A stretch of DNA of 64,000 nt from an uncultured Verrucomicrobiae bacterium (GTDB lineage Bacteria; Verrucomicrobiota; Verrucomicrobiia; Chthoniobacterales; Chthoniobacteraceae): NCBI GenBank assembly GCA_963836755.1, contig CAWIKF010000001.1, positions 256,001-320,000 of the forward strand, read 5' to 3'. The notes under the pieces were generated by a model. It saw only the letters and a list, made by a program, of their open reading frames with translations, searched no databases and was not told the origin of the DNA. Both the position numbers and the translations under genes were made by a program. Positions 40,218 through 51,559 of the stretch are shown here, piece by piece; within the stretch, counting starts at the first letter, position 1, and each line of letters starts with the position of its first letter.

Positions 40218-40856
40218 TCAACGTTTTTCTGCAAGATGATGAAAGATTTTTAAAAGTTTGTTGGCGAGGGCTCGTTTGTTTTCGCGCGGCATCACGAGCG
40301 TTTCTCCGCTTTTAAAAAACAGCTGCAGCTCGTTGTCATCGCTCTCCAGCCCTGTATCCATGCGGCTTACATCGTTTCCGATGATGAGATCACAGTTTTT
40401 TTCACGCAGTTTTTTTTGTGCATGTTCCGCGAGCAATTCCGTCTCCGCAGCGAATCCAACAATCGCGATTTTTTTTTTCGTGATGTGAAGTGACGACAAA
40501 ATATCGCGCGTTGGAACAAGCGTGATTTGCAATGACGCTTCGTGTTTTTTCAATTTCTGCGCGTGAAATTTTGCGGGTTTGAAATCAGCGACCGCGGCAC
40601 ACATCACGAGGCAGTTAGCGGCATCAACGCGTTGCTGCACGGCGTTAAACATGTCGTCGCTCGTCACAACTGGCACAATCTCCGCGCCGAATGGCGCGGG
40701 GAGGCAGACGGGGCCGCTGACGAGAGTCACTTCATCGCCGGCGTCGAGCGCAGCCTGCGCGATGGCGTAGCCCATTTTTCCGGAGGAGCGGTTGCTGAGA
40801 AAACGGACCGGGTCGATCGCTTCGCGAGTGGGGCCGGCGGTGACGAGGAATTTCAA
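40218..40856 (-). CDS. coaB: Phosphopantothenate--cysteine ligase
   Basis: LVTAGPTREAIDPVRFLSNRSSGKMG, AAVADF and VGFAAET. TTG start overlaps the coaC stop. Confidence 0.92.
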   Translation of the reverse strand: MKFLVTAGPTREAIDPVRFLSNRSSGKMGYAIAQAALDAGDEVTLVSGPVCLPAPFGAEIVPVVTSDDMFNAVQQRVDAANCLVMCAAVADFKPAKFHAQKLKKHEASLQITLVPTRDILSSLHITKKKIAIVGFAAETELLAEHAQKKLREKNCDLIIGNDVSRMDTGLESDDNELQLFFKSGETLVMPRENKRALANKLLKIFHHLAEKR

Positions 40857-41410
40857 GTTTGTGGACGCGCGAGAATTTCTTCCGCACGAGCGATGATGCC
40901 GTCGATCTGCCACATGCGGCCGAGTCCCTCATATCCGCAGGCAAGCATTCCCGCTTCGGGACCGATGAAGTCGACGCGCCGTGCTTTCAGAGTGTCAACG
41001 TTCTGTTGTGTGGCAGGATGCTTCCACATTTTGCCATTCATCGCGGGCGCGATCAGCACTGGCGCGAGAGTTGCGAGTGCAATTTCTGTCAGCGGATTGG
41101 CGGCGAGACCGTGCGCGAACTCAGCGATAATGTTGGCGGTGGCGGGCGCGATGAGCAGGAGGTCAGCGCGATCGGAGAGCTCGATGTGACTGGGGCGCCA
41201 GTTTTCCTTTTCGTCGAAGATGCTGATGAGCACAGGGTTTTTCGACAGCGTCTGCAATGTGAGTGGTGTGATGAATCGCTGCGCACCACCGGTCATGATG
41301 ACGTGGACGTCATTGCCGCGCCTCACGAGTTGACTCACCAAATCGGCGGATTTGTAGGCCGCGATCGAGCCGGTGATGCCGACGAGAATCGTCTTTCGCG
41401 CGTCACTCAT
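40853..41410 (-). CDS. coaC: Phosphopantothenoylcysteine decarboxylase
   Basis: GITGSIAAYK, APATAN, APAMN and LACGYEG.GRM. Confidence 0.92.
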   Translation of the reverse strand: MSDARKTILVGITGSIAAYKSADLVSQLVRRGNDVHVIMTGGAQRFITPLTLQTLSKNPVLISIFDEKENWRPSHIELSDRADLLLIAPATANIIAEFAHGLAANPLTEIALATLAPVLIAPAMNGKMWKHPATQQNVDTLKARRVDFIGPEAGMLACGYEGLGRMWQIDGIIARAEEILARPQT

Positions 41411-42026
41411 AACCAAGCCGCAGCGTGAGGCGTTTGCTGGCCTGTCGCTCCGCATGCATGATCGCGCGGAAATTTTCGAGATCCTCCTGCGCGCTGCCGC
41501 TGAGAATCGTGTAGCGATATTTGCACCACTCACGCATTTCCGCGGCGGCGTTTTTCAACCGGATTTCCAGCGCCTCCGCTGTTTCCGTTGCGCGTCGCAT
41601 CAGTCGCCGGCGGAGCAATTCGAGATTTGGCGCGGTTAGAAAAACATCGACGATGTGCTCGCGCAGATTGCCATTGCCATGGTCGCGAATCATCGCTGCG
41701 CCTTGCGTGTCGACGTCGACGAGCACGTCGCGGCCTTGCGCGATATTTTCCACGACGGTTTCGCGGAGCGTCCCGTAAAAGTTTCCGTGCACCTCGGCGT
41801 GCTCGAGAAATTCGTCATTCATCCGGCGACGATGAAATTCCTCCTCGTGCAAAAAAAAGTAATGCTGCCCATGCACTTCGCCGGGCCGCATTGCGCGCGT
41901 CGTGCACGAGATGGAATAGAAAAAATCGCTCGTCGGCCGCAAACCAGCCAGCAACGTGCTTTTGCCGGCGCCGGACGGGCCGGAGACGACGAATAAAATG
42001 CCGTGCCGCTCCGGTTTGTTATTCAA
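41403..42026 (-). CDS. gmk: Guanylate kinase
   Basis: SGPSGAGKST, SCTTRAMRPGE and HGNFYGT. TTG start is inferred. Confidence 0.95.
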   Translation of the reverse strand: MNNKPERHGILFVVSGPSGAGKSTLLAGLRPTSDFFYSISCTTRAMRPGEVHGQHYFFLHEEEFHRRRMNDEFLEHAEVHGNFYGTLRETVVENIAQGRDVLVDVDTQGAAMIRDHGNGNLREHIVDVFLTAPNLELLRRRLMRRATETAEALEIRLKNAAAEMREWCKYRYTILSGSAQEDLENFRAIMHAERQASKRLTLRLGYE

Positions 42027-42894
42027 TGTTTTGGATTTGTTCGCGGATTTTTTCCATCTCGGCTTTGCACGTGACGACGTGCTGTGAAATCTCGGCGTCG
42101 TTAGCTTTGGCGCCGAGCGTATTGAATTCGCGGTAGATTTCCTGCGTGATGAAATCGAGCGTGCGGCCGACAGGCTCTGGCTTGCGAAGCGTGTGCGCGA
42201 ACTGCGCGAAATGGCTTTCGAGGCGCGTGAGTTCTTCGGAGACGTCGGATTTGTCGGCAAAAAAAATCAGCTCTTTCACGAGTCGTTCATCATCGAGCGC
42301 GAGCTGCACGCCGGCGCGTTCCACGCGTTCGTGCAAAGTCTGTCGATATTTTTTGACAACGTTCGGATGCAACTGCCGGATCTTGCGCAGTGATTGGCGG
42401 ACGATTTTGAGCCGCTTGATCAAATCCTTGGCGAGATGTTTGCCTTCGCGCTCGCGCATTTTAATCAGATCGCCGAGCGCCTCGCCGAGCGCGCTTTCCA
42501 AGTGCGGCCAAGCATCGTCGGCAGCGATCAATTCCTCCGGCAGTTTCAGCACGCCCGGTGCGCGCAGAACGGTCTCGATGCTGACTTCGCCGGCGGCGCT
42601 GAGCTCTTTTTGCAAGTCGAGCATCGCGCGGTAGTAAGTGCGGGCGAGGGCGCCATCGAGCGCGAGCTTTGGCGAAACGGAGCCGCCGTTGTGATAGCTG
42701 ACGACGACGTTCATGCGGCCGCGCGCGATGTGGGTGTTCACGAGATCGCGCACGCGCGGCTCGAGCTCGGCGAATTCGCGCGGCAGATTCACCGTCACGT
42801 CGCTTTGCTTGCGGTTGACGGAGTTGAGCTCGACGCTGAATTTTGCGCCGTTGAAGGCGCTCTGGCCCCGGCCGTAGCCGGTCATGCTTCTCAT
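42019..42894 (-). CDS. yicC: YicC/YloC family endoribonuclease
   Basis: MRSMTGYG, EELTRLESH, GRTLDFITQE and EQIQNIE. Confidence 0.95.
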   Translation of the reverse strand: MRSMTGYGRGQSAFNGAKFSVELNSVNRKQSDVTVNLPREFAELEPRVRDLVNTHIARGRMNVVVSYHNGGSVSPKLALDGALARTYYRAMLDLQKELSAAGEVSIETVLRAPGVLKLPEELIAADDAWPHLESALGEALGDLIKMREREGKHLAKDLIKRLKIVRQSLRKIRQLHPNVVKKYRQTLHERVERAGVQLALDDERLVKELIFFADKSDVSEELTRLESHFAQFAHTLRKPEPVGRTLDFITQEIYREFNTLGAKANDAEISQHVVTCKAEMEKIREQIQNIE

Positions 42895-42953
42895 GCGGCG
42901 AGATTAGAAACCGAGCTTCGAATTACAAACAGAAAGACGGCGCGAGAAGTTGC

Positions 42954-44571
42954 TCATTCGCTTTTGCGCGGAGAAATTGTCGGCGATCCGGACGGCGTGT
43001 TGGCGCGGCTCGGCGATGCGGAAGTGGCAGGCGGTGGTGAACCTCCCGGAACCGACAGCACCGGTTTTTCCGGCGCCGCCGCATCGGGCTGGATTCCATT
43101 GCGCAACAGCCAGACGCGATATGCGGGGCTGTTCGGCGGCACGTTCGGCGGATAACCTGCCATCCTGTATGCCATCGGCTGCGGCGGGTTTAAAAAAAGC
43201 TCCATGCCTTGTTCAAATTCCTTCGGATGCGCCGCCTGAATTGCGGCAAGTCGGTCGCCCACGTTTTTTGCAGGCACCGCATCGCTGCCCGTTTTCAAAG
43301 CGTTTTCGTAAGACACCACTGCGAGCGTCCATTGGCCGGCGGCCTCCTGATTTTGCGCCGCCGACAATGTGGTAAGCGCCGCATTGTCCGACGTGGTGGT
43401 CACTTGCGGACCTCGCACGAGCACTCGCTGTGCGTCGTGAATTCGTGCGATGAGTGAGGCGTCGTTGCGCTTTTTGGCTTCGCTGTCCATCCGTTCCAAA
43501 AATGGCTGCACTGCTTCGCCGGTGTTCGCTTTCAAATCCGACGGAAGATTCAAATAACGCGGCAGAACAAGCAGAAGCAGTTGCGTTTTGAGCGGAATTA
43601 TCTCCGGCGATGCGGCGTCGATGTTTCCGCTCGGCGCTTCGATCGTCGTCGGGAAACCGGCGAGAAATTCGCGATACGTTTTCTCGATTGCGTTCAGCGC
43701 GTTTGTCGTCGCGATGATGGGATCGTTGTAATTCTGCACGCGCGATTCGCTTTGAAGTTTGCGCAGATCTTTGAGCGCGCCATCCATGTCCTTCAGTGTT
43801 TTTGTTTTCGCCAGGATTTGCTCCATCCGCTCCGCTGGCGACGTCTCGCTTTCCGCATCTCCAGTCCGACCACGCGGCGTGATAGGCTTTTTCAGCGCCT
43901 GCAAGCGCGCGAGGATTTCCGATCGCGGAATGAGATTCGCGCTTTCGCTGTAATTGGTGATGTTCTGCAACGCGCTGGTCGCGGCATCGATGTTGCCGTC
44001 GTCGAGGTTCGCCAGATAATCCTGCCAATGCGTCACGAACTGCTGGACGGACTGCAAGCCGTTGAGCGCAGCTTGCACGGTCGGCGAATTGTAGTTGCGG
44101 TCGCGCTGGTTTCGAAACTTTCCGAGTTCCGTGAGCACCGCATCGAGATCGGCAGCCTTTTTCGCAGCGCGAACCGCAGTGCCCGCGTGCTGCACCGCGG
44201 CGTCGATTTGCGCCACGGCCGCTTTTTCCTCCGTCTCGCGTTCACTGCGCAATGTCTCGGCGAGTTTTTCCGCTTCTTTCTTCACATCATCGGATGAAAA
44301 ATACGCCGGCAATTGATTCAAAATTTCCTCAATCTGTGTTGGCTCGCCTCTCGCGATCGCCGCGCGCAATTGCCCGAGCATCATGCGTCCGGCATCCGAG
44401 CGCCGGCTCACAACGCCGTCAGGCTCGGCAGCCTCCGCCGGTCCGTTCTTTTTTGTCCGCCATTTCCTTTTGCGCGGCGGCTTCGAGCGCTTTTAGCTGC
44501 GCATTGTGATCCTGCGCCTGCGTGGAAAACAAACCGCAAAGAAAGATCGCCGCGAGAAATCGAGCCTTCAT
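42954..44571 (-). CDS. Hypothetical secreted alpha-helical protein; +1 frameshift near 44450
   Basis: ATG 44571 gives a signal peptide MKARFLAAIFLCGLFSTQAQD. Removing one A from the run at 44449-44454 joins it to ORF 42954..44411. Confidence 0.7.
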
Positions 44572-44576
44572 TTCAG

Positions 44577-45773
44577 TTAAGTTAGCAGCCGCTCGGCTGC
44601 CTGTGCGACGTCCTTGTCGCCGCGGCCGGAAAGATTCGCAACGATGATTTGGTCGCGAGACATTTGCGGCGCGACTTTGATCACGTGCGCGATGGCGTGC
44701 GCGGATTCGAGCGCGGGAATGATTCCCTCCGTGTTCGACAACCGTTGAAATGCATTTAACGCTTCGTCGTCTGTCGCAAAATCGTATTCGATCCGTCCCG
44801 CGTCGCGCAAAAAACTGTGTTCCGGCCCGATCGCGGCGTAGTCGAGTCCCGCAGAAATCGAGTGCGTGAGCTGGATTTGACCGTTTTGATCGGCGAGTAA
44901 AAAAGTTTTGGTGCCTTGCAAAACGCCGAGCTGACCGCCTTGAAAACGCGCTGCGTGTTTGCCGAGCGAAATGCCTTCGCCTCCGGCCTCGACGCCGACC
45001 ATGCGAACTTTGTCGTCATTTAAGAAAGCGTAAAACAACCCGATGGCGTTGCTCCCGCCGCCGACGCACGCGACGAGGAGATCAGGCAGTCGATTTTCTT
45101 TTTCTAAAATCTGCCGCCGCGCCTCGTCGCCGATGCAGCGGTGAAAATCGCGGACCATCATCGGATACGGATGCGAGCCGAGCGCCGATCCGAGAATGTA
45201 ATGCGTGGTGCGGACATTCGTCACCCAATCGCGCATCGCCTCATTGATCGCTTCTTTTAGCGTCGCCTGTCCGGCCGTCACCGGCACGACGCGCGCGCCG
45301 AGAAATTTCATCCGCGCCACGTTCAGCGCCTGCCGCTCCATGTCCACTGCGCCCATATATATAATGCATTCGCAGCCGAAGCGCGCCGCGACAGTCGCGG
45401 TCGCCACTCCGTGCTGACCAGCGCCCGTCTCGGCGATGATTCGCTTTTTGCCCATGCGCCGCGCGAGCAGGATTTGACCGAGCGCGTTATTAATTTTGTG
45501 CGCGCCGGTGTGGAGTAAATCTTCGCGTTTTAGAAAAATCCTGGCGCCGCCGAGTTCCTCCGTCAGCCGCTTCGCGAAATAAAGTGGCGTCGGCCGGCCC
45601 GCGTAATCGTGGAGCAAATTCGCCAGCTCCTTTTGAAAATCTACATCGGCTCTCGCCTTCGCATACTCCGCGGTCAATTCATTGAGCGCCGTCATCAACG
45701 TCTCCGGCACGAACATTCCGCCGTAAGGCCCGAAGTGGCCGCGGGCGTCTGGGAGATTTTCGAGAGCGATCAT
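44577..45773 (-). CDS. trpB: Tryptophan synthase beta chain
   Basis: [25 protein letters not shown] and NLSGRGDKD. Confidence 0.98.
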   Translation of the reverse strand: MIALENLPDARGHFGPYGGMFVPETLMTALNELTAEYAKARADVDFQKELANLLHDYAGRPTPLYFAKRLTEELGGARIFLKREDLLHTGAHKINNALGQILLARRMGKKRIIAETGAGQHGVATATVAARFGCECIIYMGAVDMERQALNVARMKFLGARVVPVTAGQATLKEAINEAMRDWVTNVRTTHYILGSALGSHPYPMMVRDFHRCIGDEARRQILEKENRLPDLLVACVGGGSNAIGLFYAFLNDDKVRMVGVEAGGEGISLGKHAARFQGGQLGVLQGTKTFLLADQNGQIQLTHSISAGLDYAAIGPEHSFLRDAGRIEYDFATDDEALNAFQRLSNTEGIIPALESAHAIAHVIKVAPQMSRDQIIVANLSGRGDKDVAQAAERLLT

Positions 45774-45978
45774 GGGAGGTGAAAACTAGGTGCGAGCGGG
45801 AGCTGTCGCAATCGATTTTGCTCGGCGGCCGTTGCCGTATCGCTACGAGCTCATTCGGTGAAGATGAAACTGCATAGTAAATACATTTTCTTGGTTTCAG
45901 CTATTGCAAAATTCCTCTCCAGAGTTAATTTCATGCATGCAAACGCCCCCCTTGGCTGTTCGTTCGCGCCATCTTGCA

Positions 45979-48900
45979 ATGCAAAAGTTTGTGCTTTTTT
46001 CCCACCGCCGCCGGGCCGGAGTGGCGTTGGTGTTGGTGCTGGGGATGCTGGTGTTGTTGATGGTGCTGGTGGTGGCGTTTTTCACCCGCGTGACCACGGA
46101 AGTTGTGGGCGCGAAAGCTTCGGCGTCGAACTTGCGTTCGCGGCAATTGGCGGCTTCGGCCGTGCAATTGGTGCAGGGGACGATCACCAATGCGACCGAG
46201 CCACGGGAAACAACGACGACTGCGTGGGCCTGCCAGCCGGGGATGATCCGCACCTTTGGCACCGGGACCAGTGCCTCGAGTGCGCCGTATAAGTATTACA
46301 AGCTCTACTCCTCGGACACCATGGTGGTGACGGCGGACACCAATCCAGCGGTGACCAACTTCTCACCCTCCTCGGATCTCGATGCGCTTTGGGACAAGAA
46401 GCCGGCCTACTTCACCGATCTCAATGCGCCGATTGCGAACGCGACCAATCCTTCGGATGTGATTTTCCCCATTGCCGATCCGCGTGCGACCGATCCTTCG
46501 ACTCCGGTGGAGGGCTTTAGCTACACTGCGGGAGTCGACGGCGTGGTGCAGGTCAGCAGCGGCACAAACACAGCCCGGCTGCCGATGCCGGTGCGATGGC
46601 TCTATGTGCTGCGCGATGGAACTTTGACCTGCCCGGACATTGCTTCAGCGAGCACTACAGTTCCGAGCGCGACCTTTACGGCGAACATCCCCACCAAAAA
46701 CAACCCGATCGTGGGGCGCATCGCATTTTGGACCGATGACGAAAGTGCCAAGGTCAATCTCAACACAGCCTCCGAGGGAACCTATTGGGATACGCCGGTG
46801 GCAAACACGGGAAAGTCTCCTGACAGCTTCTCATATCCACAAACTACAGCGATAGGAGATGTGCTCCTTGCAACCTATCAAGGAGCGCAGCACGAGTATC
46901 AACGTTACCCGGGACATCCCGCGACGACCTGTCTTTCCACGGTTCTTGGCTCGGCTCTGGGTGGTTTGTCGCGAAATGATCTTGTGCAGGCGATCACCAA
47001 TGCCATTCCGCGAGTCACTGATACAGCAGGTCAATCCTCAATGGGTGGGACGGCAGCGCCTAACACTGCGAATTTAACCACTGACTTGGATCGGCTCTAC
47101 GCCAGCGTGGATGAGTTTGCTTTCAAGCCACCAGCCTCCACGGATACCACGCGCACTGTGCAAGCCGTAGGCTCGGGTTCCACGGTCCAGAATGTCATCG
47201 AGCGCACCCGCTTTTTCCTCACCTCCAGCAGCAAGGCTCCGGAGTTGAATCTTTTCGGCCTTCCGCGCGTGGCGATGTGGCCGGTCTGGGATGACTCTCA
47301 TGCGAGCAAGCGCACATCGTTTGACAATGCCATCCTGCGCTGTGCCACTGTGGCCAACAGTGCTACGGCTGGCAATCAGCACCCGATGATCTTCGAGCGC
47401 TCGGATCCGGCGAGCGCGACCAAAGATTTCAGCATCAAGCGCAACCAGCAGGTCTATTCATATCTAAGCTCGTTAATGTCGGAAGCTATTCCCGGGTTCG
47501 GTGGCAACTTTCTCACCAAGTATGGCCCGACGGATCAAACCCAGATACTAACGGAGATATTTGATTACATCCGCTGCACGAATCTAGCGGATCAAAGTGA
47601 TGCGACTTTAAATCACACCTATACCCCGAGCTTCTTGCCCAGCGCACCAAACCTCAACGTCGCCGTAGGACAGGTAGTGCCGACACAGGGCGGCGGAGCT
47701 AACGCGGGAGGCACCAGCCATGGTTTTGGCCGCATCGGAACCGTCGCGGAACTCGCGTTGGTCCTAGATAAGATCGATGACCGTTTTGACACCTCACTGC
47801 CGGAAGGTCCATCGAATCAAGCAGCGGCGATGACGATCTCAGGAGATACTCCGGTGAACGCGATTGACCCGAGCAAGCAAACATTGATGGAGTGGTCTCT
47901 CATCCCGAAATTTTTCTGCCCGATGGCAGGTTATGCGGGATTGGGAAATGATTTCCGACTCAGGTTCGTGATCAACAATCTGAAGATTGGCGATGCGCCG
48001 GTTATCACCAAAGCGCTGGGGTCGCTTTCCGATGAATTTGATACCGGACGACTCCCGAGCGGCGGTCGCGACGCCGTGATTGGTGGTTTGATGGGTATCA
48101 TGTTTCCAATTTGGGGAGGTGGTCCTTCGACGTCGCTGTTTCCTACCGGTCTGTGCGCAGTTACCGGCACGAATGCGCTTAGTGGCTCCTACAATGGTGG
48201 AACTATTCCAGTCTCAGGCAGCGTCGATGTTTTGGTCTATGCTCCAAACACGGCGACGACCAACCCGATTCAGACCCTTCATTTCCAATTCCCTGCGGCC
48301 AATCCGGTTCCAATTCCAGTGACCACCTATTGGAGTGGTTCCAGCGCGACTGGGACCTTCAGGAACTCTTCCTGGAGTGCGAACAAGAGCGCACACACCG
48401 TTACCTTCAGCTATAACACGACGAATTCGTCTCACGGTGGCTCAAGACGATGGGATCCCAGTCTCTATCACTTCATAGGCGATTCCGCAGGCGGTCCTTC
48501 AGGAAAGGAAACGGTGCGCACCCTCGTTCCCACCGGCACGATCAATGGGATTGCCATCGGCGGCGACATGCGGATGATCGCGTCAAGTTCTACTGTCCCG
48601 GCAGAAGCGTGGAAGCTTGCGCAGATAAATGCTTCGTCCGGCACTCTCAATGTATCGGGTGGGACTGATCCCACGGCGAAAGACTATCAAGTTTCCTCCA
48701 TGAGAATGTCACCTTACTTCTCCTGTGCCTCGGCAGATAATGGTTCGCTGATTCCCCTGCTAAAATCGCCTAAGTCCCTAGTTTATGGACGCAAGCCAGA
48801 AATCCCTCCAGGTGTCTCGGCGGCGATGATGGCTTCGACCGACAACTCGGTTCCCGGCGACTGGGATAACGGACCAGGAATCATGATTGATGGTCCTTTT

Positions 48901-49998
48901 GTCAACAAGCCCGACGAAGGCGAGAGCCCGGTGAAAGCCGGGTCGGGTATCCCCTATGTCGGCCCCAGCGAAACCACGAGCAACTACCAGGCGGCTGAGA
49001 GCTATTTTTTCTCGCCCAACAAACAAGTTTCCTCTCCCGTAATGTTGGGATCTCTTACAGTGGGAGTGGATCATCCTTGGCGCACGCTGTGTTTTCGCCC
49101 TGGGAATTTGCCCGGCTATCAAGATGCTTCGGTAAGTGGTGGATACCAGCATCCCGGCCGAACTGACTCCACTATTCCTGATCACCTTATGCTTGATCTT
49201 TTCTCGATGCCTGTAGTAGAGCCCTACAGCATCAGCGAGCCATTGGCGACTGCGGGCAAGATCAATCTTAATACTCAGATCGCCCCCTTCACCTACATCA
49301 CGCGGAACACCGGGATGCGCGCCGTATTGAAATCAGTAATGATCACGGCTCTTAACCCTGCCCAATCTGCCGATCCAAGTGGGAAAAACCTTCTTATCCA
49401 TCAATATAAAAACGGCTACGACACAGCGACCGGCTACTCGGAGAACACAACCGCCACCTCGCGTTATCCCATCGATGCGGATCAAACTCTCAATCAGCTG
49501 ACAACAAACTCCACCGGCTTTTTCCCCGTCTTTAATAGAACCACGAACTCCGCGCGGCTGCCGAACTTCTTCGTTGCTGCTTCTCAGATTTGTGACGTGC
49601 CACTAATTCCTTCCGGTTACACCACTTCGAATCTCTCGACCTTCTGGAGCGCCAACGGTCTCACTGGAGATAATAGCCTGGAGCGGCCTTATTCCATGAT
49701 CTATTCGCGCGTGACCACCAAGTCGAACACCTTCACTGTGCATGTGCGGGCGCAAAGTTTACAGCAGGCGGTCAATGGCACGCCAAGCGTCTGGCGCGAA
49801 GACCGCGACCAGGTGACCGGAGAATACCGCGGTGCATTCACGATCGAGAAATACTACGACCCGAACACCGCAAACATCACCGACAGCAGTGGCAATGCCT
49901 TAGCCAACAGCGAAGACGCAAACTTGTCGGCCCATTCAGATGCTGCGGTTCGCGGAACTCGCTGGCGCCTCGTTGATACGAAGCAGTTCGGTCAGTAG
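45979..49998 (+). CDS. vccA: Verru_Chthon cassette protein A (PilX/GspK-like N-terminus)
   Basis: GVALVLVL pilin-like leader, AWACQPGMIR, LPMPVRWLYVLRDG, GRIAFWTDDESAKVNLNTASEG, YQRYPGHPATT, GKINLN, TTKSNTFTVH and GEYRG. Confidence 0.88.
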   Translation: MQKFVLFSHRRRAGVALVLVLGMLVLLMVLVVAFFTRVTTEVVGAKASASNLRSRQLAASAVQLVQGTITNATEPRETTTTAWACQPGMIRTFGTGTSASSAPYKYYKLYSSDTMVVTADTNPAVTNFSPSSDLDALWDKKPAYFTDLNAPIANATNPSDVIFPIADPRATDPSTPVEGFSYTAGVDGVVQVSSGTNTARLPMPVRWLYVLRDGTLTCPDIASASTTVPSATFTANIPTKNNPIVGRIAFWTDDESAKVNLNTASEGTYWDTPVANTGKSPDSFSYPQTTAIGDVLLATYQGAQHEYQRYPGHPATTCLSTVLGSALGGLSRNDLVQAITNAIPRVTDTAGQSSMGGTAAPNTANLTTDLDRLYASVDEFAFKPPASTDTTRTVQAVGSGSTVQNVIERTRFFLTSSSKAPELNLFGLPRVAMWPVWDDSHASKRTSFDNAILRCATVANSATAGNQHPMIFERSDPASATKDFSIKRNQQVYSYLSSLMSEAIPGFGGNFLTKYGPTDQTQILTEIFDYIRCTNLADQSDATLNHTYTPSFLPSAPNLNVAVGQVVPTQGGGANAGGTSHGFGRIGTVAELALVLDKIDDRFDTSLPEGPSNQAAAMTISGDTPVNAIDPSKQTLMEWSLIPKFFCPMAGYAGLGNDFRLRFVINNLKIGDAPVITKALGSLSDEFDTGRLPSGGRDAVIGGLMGIMFPIWGGGPSTSLFPTGLCAVTGTNALSGSYNGGTIPVSGSVDVLVYAPNTATTNPIQTLHFQFPAANPVPIPVTTYWSGSSATGTFRNSSWSANKSAHTVTFSYNTTNSSHGGSRRWDPSLYHFIGDSAGGPSGKETVRTLVPTGTINGIAIGGDMRMIASSSTVPAEAWKLAQINASSGTLNVSGGTDPTAKDYQVSSMRMSPYFSCASADNGSLIPLLKSPKSLVYGRKPEIPPGVSAAMMASTDNSVPGDWDNGPGIMIDGPFVNKPDEGESPVKAGSGIPYVGPSETTSNYQAAESYFFSPNKQVSSPVMLGSLTVGVDHPWRTLCFRPGNLPGYQDASVSGGYQHPGRTDSTIPDHLMLDLFSMPVVEPYSISEPLATAGKINLNTQIAPFTYITRNTGMRAVLKSVMITALNPAQSADPSGKNLLIHQYKNGYDTATGYSENTTATSRYPIDADQTLNQLTTNSTGFFPVFNRTTNSARLPNFFVAASQICDVPLIPSGYTTSNLSTFWSANGLTGDNSLERPYSMIYSRVTTKSNTFTVHVRAQSLQQAVNGTPSVWREDRDQVTGEYRGAFTIEKYYDPNTANITDSSGNALANSEDANLSAHSDAAVRGTRWRLVDTKQFGQ

Positions 49999-50009
49999 CT
50001 CAAGCCGTT

Positions 50010-51533
50010 CTAGGGAGAGCTGGGACTAGCGCTTGGTTTCGACCCGGTGTCCGTGCGAAATGGCACGGCCGGCAAACCATCTTTATTGAAGAAGTTCGGC
50101 ATCGCTGCTTCATCCCATGCGAAGCGGACCTCCTTCGGTTCCGCCACTTGCGGACTGGTGATGACGACTGCGTCTCCTGAGATAACCGCTTTTGCTGCAT
50201 AGAAGACTCCGTCCTTGCCTGCGGTCGTGAACGAAGTGAGTGGCTTACCGTCGCTGGAGACGAGACCTTTGCCTACGTGGTCGAAATGCAAGACGGCTTT
50301 GTAACCTTCGTGTTCGATACTTCCTTTTCGGTAAACGGGACCGGACGTCTCGACGCCGCGCTCGTCGTAGTCTTTGGCCAGAGCTATGCGAGCCAGCCGT
50401 TCGCCGATTTCTTTCTTGTGCGGCGGATGCATGTTCTTTAGGTCCCCGACATCCGTTGTGACAACGGCTGCAGTCTTCGGGAGCTCGAGTGCAGCCATTT
50501 GAGCTTCGCGAAAATTCGCTTCATCCTCGGGAGTATGAGAAGGATTTTTTCGGGCTGAATAGAGCAGGGGAGGAAGCTGAACAAAGTAGAAGGGCAGATC
50601 CTTCTCCCATGCGATGCGCCAACTTTTAATCAAAGCGATCTCTTTGTTCGCGTAGATGGAGCCGTCGCCCTTGATCAGGTTTGACTCGCCTTGATACCAA
50701 AGGATGCCGCGCAGGGCGAAAGGCACCATTGGATTGATCATGCCATTGTAGAGAGTGGAGATCGTAGTGCCATCGAACTTCACCTTCGGTGTAAGCGCGG
50801 CCTTGGCAAAATCGGCCAGTGCTGGGTCGCTGGAAAACCCTGATGCAGGAGTCCATCCCTCGATGTGTGTGCCGCCTGCAGTAGCTTCGATCATCCCGAT
50901 TGGAACTTTGAGCTCGGTGTAAAGCTTGCGCGCAAAGAAGTAGCCGACGGCAGAGAATTTAATCTCATCCAATGAAGCAGGCGTGCAAGCTACCCAACCT
51001 TTCCAAGGATAGTCGGCAGGTTGCCGCGGAGTAATGTTGAAATCTTTCGCGGGAGACTCGGTGTTCGAGATCTCAACATTCATGAGTCGAATGAGCGGAT
51101 AGTCTGCGGCCGCTAGTTCCTTTTCAGCATCGATCGTGGTGATCGGCTGTCCGCGCCATGTGCCGACTGGCTTTTGCATGTTCGATTGTCCGGAGCAGAG
51201 CCATACCTCTCCGACAAGGACATCGTGAAAAGTCACCGTCTCTTTTCCTGTAACAGTTAGGTCTTCCGGTTTTTCAGAAGTAGTCAACTGGTCCAACTTT
51301 ACTTCCCATTTGCCATCGCTGGCAGCTGTTGCCTTTTTCTGCTGGCCCGCAAAGCTAACTGTAACTGTCTCACCAGGCGTGGCCCAGCCCCAGATGGGAA
51401 CAGGTTCACCACGTTGCAGCACCATGTGATCGCCAAAGACGTGCGGCAGGCTTAATGGCGAAGCTGGCTCTGCGTTAGCCTGCGACGAGATCAGAAGGAA
51501 TTGCGTGGCTAGAACTAGGATCAACGATTTCAT
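50010..51533 (-). CDS. Sialate O-acetylesterase family (SASA/DUF303) protein
   Basis: FGDHMVLQR, GEVWLCSGQSNM, WYQGESN and HP..K..IGERLA. Confidence 0.92.
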   Translation of the reverse strand: MKSLILVLATQFLLISSQANAEPASPLSLPHVFGDHMVLQRGEPVPIWGWATPGETVTVSFAGQQKKATAASDGKWEVKLDQLTTSEKPEDLTVTGKETVTFHDVLVGEVWLCSGQSNMQKPVGTWRGQPITTIDAEKELAAADYPLIRLMNVEISNTESPAKDFNITPRQPADYPWKGWVACTPASLDEIKFSAVGYFFARKLYTELKVPIGMIEATAGGTHIEGWTPASGFSSDPALADFAKAALTPKVKFDGTTISTLYNGMINPMVPFALRGILWYQGESNLIKGDGSIYANKEIALIKSWRIAWEKDLPFYFVQLPPLLYSARKNPSHTPEDEANFREAQMAALELPKTAAVVTTDVGDLKNMHPPHKKEIGERLARIALAKDYDERGVETSGPVYRKGSIEHEGYKAVLHFDHVGKGLVSSDGKPLTSFTTAGKDGVFYAAKAVISGDAVVITSPQVAEPKEVRFAWDEAAMPNFFNKDGLPAVPFRTDTGSKPSASPSSP

Positions 51534-51559
51534 GATTTTACGAACGACTAACTACCAAC

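Noticed and set aside
40218..41410. Split coaC/coaB as a further sequencing frameshift
   Set aside because: The offset has the opposite sign to the other five, there is a clean TTGA start/stop overlap at the domain boundary, and separate CoaB/CoaC proteins are known in other bacteria.
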